A stretch of DNA of 64,000 nt, from positions 448,001-512,000 of the forward strand of contig OY821641.1 in NCBI GenBank assembly GCA_963555995.3, in the 5' to 3' direction. The position numbers and the translations under genes are program-made. The notes under the pieces were generated by a model. It saw nothing but the letters and a program-made list of their open reading frames with translations, had not been told where the DNA came from and searched no databases. Positions 56,224-64,000 of this stretch are shown here, piece after piece. Positions within the stretch are counted from its first letter, which is position 1. Each line of letters opens with the position of its first letter. The DNA comes from Vicinamibacteria bacterium. GTDB lineage: Bacteria; Acidobacteriota; Vicinamibacteria; Marinacidobacterales; Marinacidobacteraceae.

Positions 56224-58245
56224 ATGAGCGAGGCCACCCGGTTCCCGATCCGAATCGCCGAGGAGTTGATCCTCCTCATGCTGGACGAGAAGAGCGGCTA
56301 CCTGGAGATGGTTCCGAACTGGGACTTTTCCTGTGTCATGGCCGGGGCCGTGCTCGCCGATCTGGCCCTGGAGCGTCGCATCGAGACCGACCTGGAGCGG
56401 TTGTACCTGGTCGATCCCACACCGACCGGAGACGAGTTGCTCGACCCGACGCTCAAGGACATCGCCGAATCCGATGAAAAATCGGACGCTCAGTTCTGGA
56501 TCGAACGGAACACCCGCCACGCCGACGAAATCGTCGCGACCGCCCTCGACCGCCTGGTGGAGCGGAACATCCTCACCCACGAGCACGGCGGATTCTGGGG
56601 GCTCTCGCGCTCCGTCGCCCGTTCGGGGACTTTCCCGACCCAGGCTGTCGAGACCCGCAGGGAATCCAAGGCGAGGATCCTGAGCGTCATCCTGCACGAC
56701 GAGATCCCGGACCCGCGGGACGCCATCCTGGTCGCCCTGATGCACACCTGCGGCGGCTTCAAGCTGCGGCTGGAGCAAGAAGACTACGAAGAGCGGCTCG
56801 CCCGGATCGAGCTCGTGGCCAGGCTGGACCTCATCGGACGGACGGTCGCGGCCGCCGTGCAGGACAGCACGGCGAAGCCCAAGACCCGTCGCGTGGTTCA
56901 GACCAAGCCCATTCCCAAGCTTGGGTATCTCAACGTACTGCTACAGCGTGATTTCCTCTCGGGCAACATCCCGAAGGCGATGTACGGCATTTACCGAAGA
57001 CACGGGCCGGTCGTCAGAATGCCCTTCAAGATCCGCGGCGCGCCCGTGGTTTCGGTGATGGGTCCCGATGTCAATCACTGGGTCAACCGGCACGGGCGGT
57101 TCTATCTCCGCTCGAAGGACTACATCGAAGGGCTGGAGCACGCGTTTGGCGCGTCCCGGAGCATGCCCGGCATGGATGGCGCGGAACACTATCGAATGCG
57201 CAAGGAACTCCAGTCTGCGTATTCCCGCGCCACGCTGGCGCAGCGGTTGCCGGAACTGATCCACGACTGCCGGAAATCACTGAGTCGTTGGAAGGAAGGA
57301 GATGTCTTCCGCGCCACCGAGAGCTTTCAGAACCACATCAGCAGTCAGATCTCGCATTTCGCGATGGGAGTGGATTGCAGCAGCTATGTGGACGAACTGT
57401 TGACTTTCGAACACCGGGCTCTGGTAACGCAGGTCCAGGGCGCATTGCCGGGTTTCATGCTGTCCACCCCAAGAATGAAACGGTACGGGAAGCGAGTCAG
57501 GGAACTCCAGGAGGCGATCACCGCGGCGCATACCACAGCGCAACGTAAGGGAAAGCCCAGGGATCTGGCCGACGCGATTCTCGATCTCCACAAGAGGGAT
57601 CCGCAGTTCCTTCCCGAAACGGACCTCACGTTTCCCTTCGTGGCGTCCATGGTCGCCAGCATCTATATGGGCAGTGCGTTGGCCTTCGCCATTTACAACA
57701 TGGTTCGAAACCCGGACGTGTACGCGAGGGTCCGGAGCGAAGCCGAGTCGCTCTTCGGCAACGGCCGTGGACTGGGAGGAGATGACTTCAATCACGAGAG
57801 CGTTGATGTCACGGTGCGTCTCTGCATGGAATCCTCGCGCATATACCCGGTGATTCCCTGGCAGTTGAGAACGGTCATGAACGAGTGCATCGTCAGTGGT
57901 TACGAGATACCGCCGAAGACGATGTTGCTGATCTGCCAGACGGCGCCGCACTATGCCGGGGACCTGTACCGGGATCCGTTGAAGTTCGATATAGACCGGT
58001 ACCTGCCGGACCGGGCCGAACATCTGCAACCGGGCGCCTACGCGCCCTACGGCCTCGGTACGCACATGTGCCTCGGCCACCGGTGGGTGGAACTTCAGAT
58101 GGCCGTCAACGTCCTGCTCATCGCGCGCCACCTGGAGCTCGAAGTGGTGCCCGGCAACTACCGGATGGGAATCAATCCGTTCCCGACCCTGGCCCCCAAC
58201 AGGAAACTGAAGTTCCGCGTCGCCCAGATCCCGAATCCCTTGTGA
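56224..58245 (+). CDS. GPP34 (GOLPH3/Vps74-like) - cytochrome P450 fusion protein
   Basis: N-terminal about 215 aa IAEELILLMLDEKSG...AGAVLADLALERRI...DPTPTGDELLD...DRLVERNIL (GPP34-like); C-terminal P450 with ESSR, FDIDRY and YGLGTHMCLG; single open frame; start could be 56182-56224. Confidence 0.82.
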   Translation: MSEATRFPIRIAEELILLMLDEKSGYLEMVPNWDFSCVMAGAVLADLALERRIETDLERLYLVDPTPTGDELLDPTLKDIAESDEKSDAQFWIERNTRHADEIVATALDRLVERNILTHEHGGFWGLSRSVARSGTFPTQAVETRRESKARILSVILHDEIPDPRDAILVALMHTCGGFKLRLEQEDYEERLARIELVARLDLIGRTVAAAVQDSTAKPKTRRVVQTKPIPKLGYLNVLLQRDFLSGNIPKAMYGIYRRHGPVVRMPFKIRGAPVVSVMGPDVNHWVNRHGRFYLRSKDYIEGLEHAFGASRSMPGMDGAEHYRMRKELQSAYSRATLAQRLPELIHDCRKSLSRWKEGDVFRATESFQNHISSQISHFAMGVDCSSYVDELLTFEHRALVTQVQGALPGFMLSTPRMKRYGKRVRELQEAITAAHTTAQRKGKPRDLADAILDLHKRDPQFLPETDLTFPFVASMVASIYMGSALAFAIYNMVRNPDVYARVRSEAESLFGNGRGLGGDDFNHESVDVTVRLCMESSRIYPVIPWQLRTVMNECIVSGYEIPPKTMLLICQTAPHYAGDLYRDPLKFDIDRYLPDRAEHLQPGAYAPYGLGTHMCLGHRWVELQMAVNVLLIARHLELEVVPGNYRMGINPFPTLAPNRKLKFRVAQIPNPL

Positions 58246-58312
58246 GCGCGGGAGCGTGTAGCGGCGCGGCCGACCCCGGGGTGCTTCTCAGGACTCGCTC
58301 CCACACGTACCG

Positions 58313-61300
58313 ATGAGTTCCGATCCAGGCAGCCACGCCGAGCCCGGCGGACCGATCGCCTACATGGCGAGTAACGGCGTCGCTTCCAATCTCCTGATGT
58401 TCAGCATCCTCGCGGTGGGCCTCGTGTCGCTGACCGGCCTCGAGCAGGAAGGGTGGCCCACGGTTCCCTTCAACCAGTTCGAGGTCTCGGTGCCGTTCCC
58501 CGGCGCCACGCCCGAGGAGGTCGAGGAGGCCATCGTCGTCAAGATCGAGGACGAGGTCAGGGGGCTGGCGGACGTGAAGACGGTCCGGTCCATAGCGGCC
58601 CCGGGGATGGCGTCCGTCAGGGTCGAAGTCAACTCGGGTACGGACATGGGCGCCAAGAAGGATGAAATCGAGGCGGCGGTCGGGCGGATCCAGACGTTCC
58701 CGGGCGGGGCCGAACGGCCCCAGATCCGGGAAATGACGAACGCGCAGAGCATGATGCGCCTCGTCCTCTACGGCGACGTTCCCGAGCGCTCGCTGAAGGA
58801 GCTCGCCTACCGGATCGAGGACGATCTCGCCGCGCTTCCGAACGTGTCCCAGGTCGAGATCAGCGGCGTGCGCAACTACGAGATCTCGATCGAAGTGCCG
58901 CTCGAGCGCCTGCGGGCCCTCGGGCTCACGTTGGCCGACATCGCCAACACGGTTCGCCGCGGTTCCCTGGACCTGTCCGCGGGCAGCATTGATACCGACC
59001 GGTCCCAGGTGCGGATTCGGACCCTGGGTCAGAGCCACGACCAGCAGGACTTCGAGGACATCATCATCCTCGGCCGCGCCGACGGCACGGCGGTCCGCCT
59101 GGGCGACATTGCCGAGGTGCGCGACGGCTTTCAGGACTCCGGTCTGATCGTCCGGCACGAGGGCCACCCCGCCGTGTTCGTCGAGGTCTCGCGCGCCGAT
59201 GGCGAGAGGGTGATGGATGTGGCGCGCGCTGTTCGCGACTACGTCACGAGCGAACTGGCCCCCTCGCTCCCGGACGGCGTGGGCATCAGCATCTGGAACG
59301 ACGACTCCTCGGCCTTTGTGGAGCGCGGCGTCCTTCTCCTCAAGAATGGAGCTCTGGGGTTGTTGCTGGTCCTGCTCGCGCTGGGTCTGTTTCTCCAGCT
59401 CCGGCTGGCGTTCTGGGTCGCCGTCGGTCTTGGCGTTTCCGGGATCGGCGCGCTCGCCGCCATGCTGGTGTTCGACATCCCGCTCCATGCGGTGTCGCTC
59501 TTCTCCTTCGTGCTCGCCATCGGCATCGTCGTGGACGATGCGATCGTGGTGTCCGAGCACATCCACCTGGAACGAAAGCGCGGCACGCCGGGGGTCGTTG
59601 CGGCGATCCGGGGGGCGCGGCGCATCAGGGTGCCGCTGATCTTCGCGGTGCTGACGACGATGGTGGCGTTCCTTCCACTGCTCTTCATACCTGCGGGGTT
59701 CGGCGAGGTCTGGAAGGCGCTGCCGATCATCGTCATCGCCATGCTGCTGATTTCGCTGGTCGAATCGCTGCTGGTGCTGCCGAACCATCTGTCCCATCAT
59801 CTGCATGGCCCGGACTGGGCGCCCCGGACGGGCGTGGAACGATTCGTCGCGCGGATCCAGAATCGTGTCGATTCCCTGTTGAACCGCTTCATCCAGGGAC
59901 CCCTGGACCGCGGGATCCAGTTCGCGGCGGACTGGCCCGGAGTGACGGTTTCGGGGGCCGTCGCGCTGCTTGTCCTGAGCATTTCCCTCCTGCCGGCCGG
60001 CATCGTCCCCGCCACCTTCGCCACGGAAGTCGAAGGTGACTTCGCCATCGCCACCCTCGAAATGCCGGACGGAACGACCGCGCCGCAGACGTACGCCGTG
60101 GCGGAGCAACTCGAAGCGGCCGGCCGCCGGGCGGTGGAGCGGCTTTCCGAGGAACGACCGGCCGATGCGCCTCCGCTACTTTCCGGGGTTACCGTCGTCA
60201 TCGGCCAGCGGTCGCGCGTCGAGACTGGGGGTCTCAACCCCTCGCCCACCCTGAACCCGGAGGCCAACGTCGCGACCATCGAGTTCAAGCTCCTGAGCGC
60301 GCAGCAGCGGCGCATCACTTCGGGAGAGGTCGTGCAGGCATGGCGCGAGGAGGCGGGCGAACTGCCTCAGGCGCGCGCGGTCACCTACATCAGCCAGATC
60401 TACACGCTGGGCAACCCGGTCGAGGCGGCGCTGTCCCACCCGGATCCGGAGCGCCTCAACGAGATCGCGAACTCCACCGTCGCCGGGCTCGGCGGAGTCG
60501 GGGGCGTCTTCGACATCCGCTCGGACCACACGCCCGGGGTGCCGGAAATCCAGGTGGGAATGCTCCCCGAAGCGCGCACGCTCGGTCTCACGCTGGACGA
60601 TCTGGCCCGGCAGACGCGAGCCGCCTTCTTCGGCGCCGAGGCCGTCCGGGTACAGCGAGGACGCGACGAGGTTCGGGTTTACGTGCGGCTACCCGAGGAG
60701 CAGCGCGACTCGATTACCGATATCGAGGGCTACCGGCTCTCGACGCCCGCCGGCGCCGACGTGCCGGTCAGCCGTGTGGCCGCGCTGCGTTCCGGCACCT
60801 CCCCACCGGCCATCCGGCGCCAGGACGGCCAGCGCGTCGTCACGGTGAGCGCCGATGTGGATCCCGGGGTGGTTTCCGCCGGGACCGCCAACGACATTCT
60901 GGAGAACACCATCCTGGCGGGACTCGTCGCCCAGAACCCGGAACTCACGTACACGTTCGGAGGGGAGCAGCAGCAGCAGCTCGACTCCCTGGGCGGTCTC
61001 TATCGCGGATTCGCGATCGCGCTGCTCCTGATCTTCGCGCTGCTGGCCATTCCCCTGCGCTCCTACACCAAGCCGTTCATCGTCATGGCCATCATCCCGT
61101 TCGGGTTTGTCGGCGTGATCCTGGGTCACTGGATGCTGGGGGTCGCCGTCAGCGCGGAGTCCTTCGTCGGGATCTTCGGGCTCGCCGGGGTGGTCGTCAA
61201 CGATTCCCTGGTGATGATTGATTTCACCGACCGGAAGCTCCGCGATGGAGTCCCCGTGCGAACGGCGATCATCGAGGGCGCGAAGGGACGCTTCCGTCCG

Positions 61301-61501
61301 ATCATGCTGACTTCCCTGACGACCTTCCTGGGCTTCACCCCCCTGATTCTCGAGGACGCGATTCAGGCGCAGTTCTTCGTTCCCTTCTCCGCCTCGATCG
61401 GCTGCGGCATCCTTTTCACCACGGCGCTCATCATGTTCCTGGTGCCCGCGCTCTCCTCGATCCACCTGCGGCTGACTTCGGCGCAGGGCCGCGCGGGTTA
61501 G
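58313..61501 (+). CDS. RND efflux permease (AcrB/AcrD/AcrF family)
   Basis: PGATPEEVEEAI, GIVVDDAIVVSE, GVVVNDSLV, RFRPIMLTSLTT; 1062 aa. Confidence 0.95.
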   Translation: MSSDPGSHAEPGGPIAYMASNGVASNLLMFSILAVGLVSLTGLEQEGWPTVPFNQFEVSVPFPGATPEEVEEAIVVKIEDEVRGLADVKTVRSIAAPGMASVRVEVNSGTDMGAKKDEIEAAVGRIQTFPGGAERPQIREMTNAQSMMRLVLYGDVPERSLKELAYRIEDDLAALPNVSQVEISGVRNYEISIEVPLERLRALGLTLADIANTVRRGSLDLSAGSIDTDRSQVRIRTLGQSHDQQDFEDIIILGRADGTAVRLGDIAEVRDGFQDSGLIVRHEGHPAVFVEVSRADGERVMDVARAVRDYVTSELAPSLPDGVGISIWNDDSSAFVERGVLLLKNGALGLLLVLLALGLFLQLRLAFWVAVGLGVSGIGALAAMLVFDIPLHAVSLFSFVLAIGIVVDDAIVVSEHIHLERKRGTPGVVAAIRGARRIRVPLIFAVLTTMVAFLPLLFIPAGFGEVWKALPIIVIAMLLISLVESLLVLPNHLSHHLHGPDWAPRTGVERFVARIQNRVDSLLNRFIQGPLDRGIQFAADWPGVTVSGAVALLVLSISLLPAGIVPATFATEVEGDFAIATLEMPDGTTAPQTYAVAEQLEAAGRRAVERLSEERPADAPPLLSGVTVVIGQRSRVETGGLNPSPTLNPEANVATIEFKLLSAQQRRITSGEVVQAWREEAGELPQARAVTYISQIYTLGNPVEAALSHPDPERLNEIANSTVAGLGGVGGVFDIRSDHTPGVPEIQVGMLPEARTLGLTLDDLARQTRAAFFGAEAVRVQRGRDEVRVYVRLPEEQRDSITDIEGYRLSTPAGADVPVSRVAALRSGTSPPAIRRQDGQRVVTVSADVDPGVVSAGTANDILENTILAGLVAQNPELTYTFGGEQQQQLDSLGGLYRGFAIALLLIFALLAIPLRSYTKPFIVMAIIPFGFVGVILGHWMLGVAVSAESFVGIFGLAGVVVNDSLVMIDFTDRKLRDGVPVRTAIIEGAKGRFRPIMLTSLTTFLGFTPLILEDAIQAQFFVPFSASIGCGILFTTALIMFLVPALSSIHLRLTSAQGRAG

Positions 61502-62556
61502 TCCTGATCGGCAGGCCGGCGCGCCACGAAACAGTAGAGCGGCGTGAAGATCCCCGTCCTGCCCCCCGCGACGTAGGCGTTCGCGGTCCGGTCCAGGAGC
61601 GCGACCACCTCCGCCGAACCCTTCGGGAACATGCCGAGGAACTCGGCGATCCGGATCCCCCACCGCAGCGCCTTGCGGCCCAGCGGAATCCGGCGGAAAG
61701 CGCTGCCGGGCAGCCCGCGCTGCGTTTCCATGGGCTGATACCACGGCGTCTCCGCACTGCCCTCGTGGACGGCGAGGTCCGTACCCTCCACGACTTCGAA
61801 TCCCGCGGTTTCGAGCGCCCGGTTCACCTCCCCGAACGTTGCGATGTCCTTGAGCGCGATGCCGTGCCTGAGCTCCCGTTCGATGGCGCGGTGCCGGCCG
61901 TTCCCGGGGTCGTACAGCTCCGTCATGCACATTTCCTGACCCCAGAGGAGGGCTCCGGGTTTCAGGACCCGGTAGATCTCGGCGAACGCGCCCGCCTTGT
62001 CGGCCGCGTGGCAGGTTGATTCGATCGCGTAGCCGCGGTCGAAGGTCCGGCCCGCGATCTCGCCCATGTCCATGAAGCTGCACCGGAGCAGATCGGTCCG
62101 GGCATCGAGCCCCGCGGCGGCGTTCAGCCGCCTGGCCTTGTTGCACTGGACCTCACTGGCGTTGATCCCGACAACCCGGACTCCGGCCTCCCGGGCGACG
62201 CGGCGCATCGGACCGCCGATCCCGCAGCCGACATCAACCACCGTCATCCCCGGCCGCAGTTCGAGCTTGGAGATCATGAGTCGCTGGTGCCGGATCTTGG
62301 AGTCCTCCAGACTCTCGCCGGGCGACAGCGGCGCGAAGTGCAGGGATTCTCCCCAACCCCAGACCATGAACGCGGTACAGAGGTCGTAGTACTCCTGGAC
62401 CGTCCGTGCGTGGTCGTACCCCTCGTCGGCGCCATCCTCCCGGGATGCCCTGCCGGTCCATCCTTCGAGGTCCCGTACCCGGCTCGGGACGTCCGATCCT
62501 GCGAACGCGGTCTTGAGCCCATCGGACAGTTCACGAATGTCCCGCGTGAGCTTCAT
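61498..62556 (-). CDS. Sterol C-24 methyltransferase-like (ERG6/SMT family) SAM-dependent methyltransferase
   Basis: YYDLCT.FMVWGWGESLHFAP (region I), VDVGCGIGGP (II), YAIESTCHA (III), EIYRVLKPG (IV), PWY, C-terminal GGRTGIFTPLYCFVARRP. Confidence 0.87.
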   Translation of the reverse strand: MKLTRDIRELSDGLKTAFAGSDVPSRVRDLEGWTGRASREDGADEGYDHARTVQEYYDLCTAFMVWGWGESLHFAPLSPGESLEDSKIRHQRLMISKLELRPGMTVVDVGCGIGGPMRRVAREAGVRVVGINASEVQCNKARRLNAAAGLDARTDLLRCSFMDMGEIAGRTFDRGYAIESTCHAADKAGAFAEIYRVLKPGALLWGQEMCMTELYDPGNGRHRAIERELRHGIALKDIATFGEVNRALETAGFEVVEGTDLAVHEGSAETPWYQPMETQRGLPGSAFRRIPLGRKALRWGIRIAEFLGMFPKGSAEVVALLDRTANAYVAGGRTGIFTPLYCFVARRPADQD

Positions 62557-63010
62557 GGCGAGTGCTGGCCCGCTTCCGGGTCTCGGCCAGCCGGACTTGC
62601 GAGACCGGCGGTTCGCGGCGGGGGCGGATGAAGACGGGGACCAGCGCGTCGCGTGTCCGTAGGCGGTCGCGGGAATGGAGGGCGCATAGCCACCACGTCA
62701 GCCGGAACCCGGATTTCCCATCCCCCCAAGGCAGTGGCTAGTGTACTGGAGGGATTGCGGTTCGCGCGCCGAAGGAGATGGACGGATGCCCAGGAAACGC
62801 CGGGTCTCGCCGTTTCCGGCAGTATCCGAGGTGCTCTCCGGAGGCCCGGATCACCGGCGTCAAGGAGCCGCCGCCGGCCGATGACGTCGGCGGCGCACCG
62901 GACGCGGAACGCGCCGCCGGGCGCCGACACCCGCGGCTGGAAGTACTGACAGGCGGTCGTACGCCGTCCGGGTTGAGAAGTGCGGCTCCCGAGAGAGTCG
63001 GATCAAAAGC

Positions 63011-64000
63011 ATGCCTGACGACGGACCGGGCCGGGTCTTCCGGCGGTCGCGGCCGTTCCTGACGGCGCTTCTGTTCGCCGGCTACGCGGGCTACTACCTC
63101 GGCCGGGTCACCGTTCCGGTCGCGCTGCCGCTCATCGGCGAAGCCTTCGACTACTCGAACACCCAGACCGGCCTGATCCTCTCCGTGTACTTCGCGGTGT
63201 ACGCGGCCTCGAAGCTCGTGAACGGTTTCCTGGGCGACCGGATCGGCGGCAAGGCGATGTTCTTCATCGGGCTCTTCGGGTCCGTCCTGATGAACGCGGC
63301 CTTCGGGTTCGGCCGGGAACTCTTCCTTTTCGTGGCGATCTGGGGGGTCAACGCCTACTTCCAGACGATGGGCTGGCTCGCGGTGATGCCGATCATGGCC
63401 CGCTGGTACCCCAGCCGGGAGAGCGGCCGCGTGATGGGCTTCATGTCCATCAGCTATCAACTCGGCGACTTCCTCGCCCGCGCGTTGGCGTCGGTGCTGA
63501 TCGTGGCGCTCGGGTGGTCGGGCCTGTTCTGGGCGCACGCCGTCCTGCTCGCCCTGTTCGGTTTGGCGCTCTACCGTTTCATCAAACCCGAGCCGCCGCC
63601 GGCAATCCGTCCGGCCGCCGGGCGGGAGGCGCAGCCGGAGCCGGCGGCTCCGGGAGCCGAACGGAGGCGATCGCGCCGCCGGATGCTCACGAGTCCGGCC
63701 TTCTGGATCCTGTGCGCGAGCTACGTCCTGCTTTCCGTCGTCCGTTACAGCTTCTGGGGCTGGTCCGTGGACTATCTGGTGCAGGCCGGCGCCGGGATCG
63801 GCGCGGCGGCCGCGACCTCCGCGCTCTTCCCGCTGCTCGGCTCGGCCGGCTCGATCACCGCGGGGTGGGTCTCCGACCGGCTGGACGCGCGCCGGGGGCC
63901 GGTGCTCGCCGTCATGTGCGCGGTGCTGACCCTTTCCATCGTCGTCTTCAGCCGCCTGCCGGCCACCGAAGGGCCGTGGCTCGCGGCCGCCCTCGGACTC
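63011..64000 (+). CDS. MFS transporter, OPA (GlpT/UhpT/PgtP-like) family, 3' truncated by window end
   Basis: Manual translation MPDDGPGR...GYAGYYLGR...YAASKLVNGFLGDR...NAYFQTMGW...RWYPSRESG...GWVSDRL. Confidence 0.85.
   Translation, partial: MPDDGPGRVFRRSRPFLTALLFAGYAGYYLGRVTVPVALPLIGEAFDYSNTQTGLILSVYFAVYAASKLVNGFLGDRIGGKAMFFIGLFGSVLMNAAFGFGRELFLFVAIWGVNAYFQTMGWLAVMPIMARWYPSRESGRVMGFMSISYQLGDFLARALASVLIVALGWSGLFWAHAVLLALFGLALYRFIKPEPPPAIRPAAGREAQPEPAAPGAERRRSRRRMLTSPAFWILCASYVLLSVVRYSFWGWSVDYLVQAGAGIGAAAATSALFPLLGSAGSITAGWVSDRLDARRGPVLAVMCAVLTLSIVVFSRLPATEGPWLAAALGL

Noticed and set aside
62557-63010. Short ORFs (62653..62949 +, 62553..62930 -) or an ncRNA between the SMT and MFS genes
   Set aside because: No recognisable motif or convincing structure; most likely a divergent promoter region.

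Overview
High-GC bacterial chromosomal window. The Oar-like TonB-dependent receptors with carboxypeptidase-regulatory N-termini, DUF2911, a VPS10/BNR hydrolase and many lipoprotein hydrolases suggest an Acidobacteriota- or Gemmatimonadota-like organism (inference). No rRNA, tRNA or CRISPR array was recognised. The most striking region is a candidate sterol-tailoring and export cluster at about 50.3-62.6 kb. There a tripartite RND pump (OM factor and MFP, then the RND permease) is split by a Neverland/KshA-like Rieske oxygenase, a COG2907-type FAD oxidoreductase and a GPP34(GOLPH3/Vps74)-cytochrome P450 fusion, and is followed convergently by an ERG6/SMT-like sterol C-24 methyltransferase. Other content: an aromatic catabolic operon (GS-like ligase, P450 with a non-canonical I-helix, ADC-like protein, extradiol dioxygenase); two toxin-antitoxin pairs; a Septu-like ATPase+HNH pair; an intact IS256 splitting a DUF2177-like gene; a CxxC/RAPP leader peptide before a His-rich metal TonB receptor and DUF3526 permeases; two families of short inverted-repeat elements; and several gene remnants. 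All family calls come from motif recognition by eye, not database searches.
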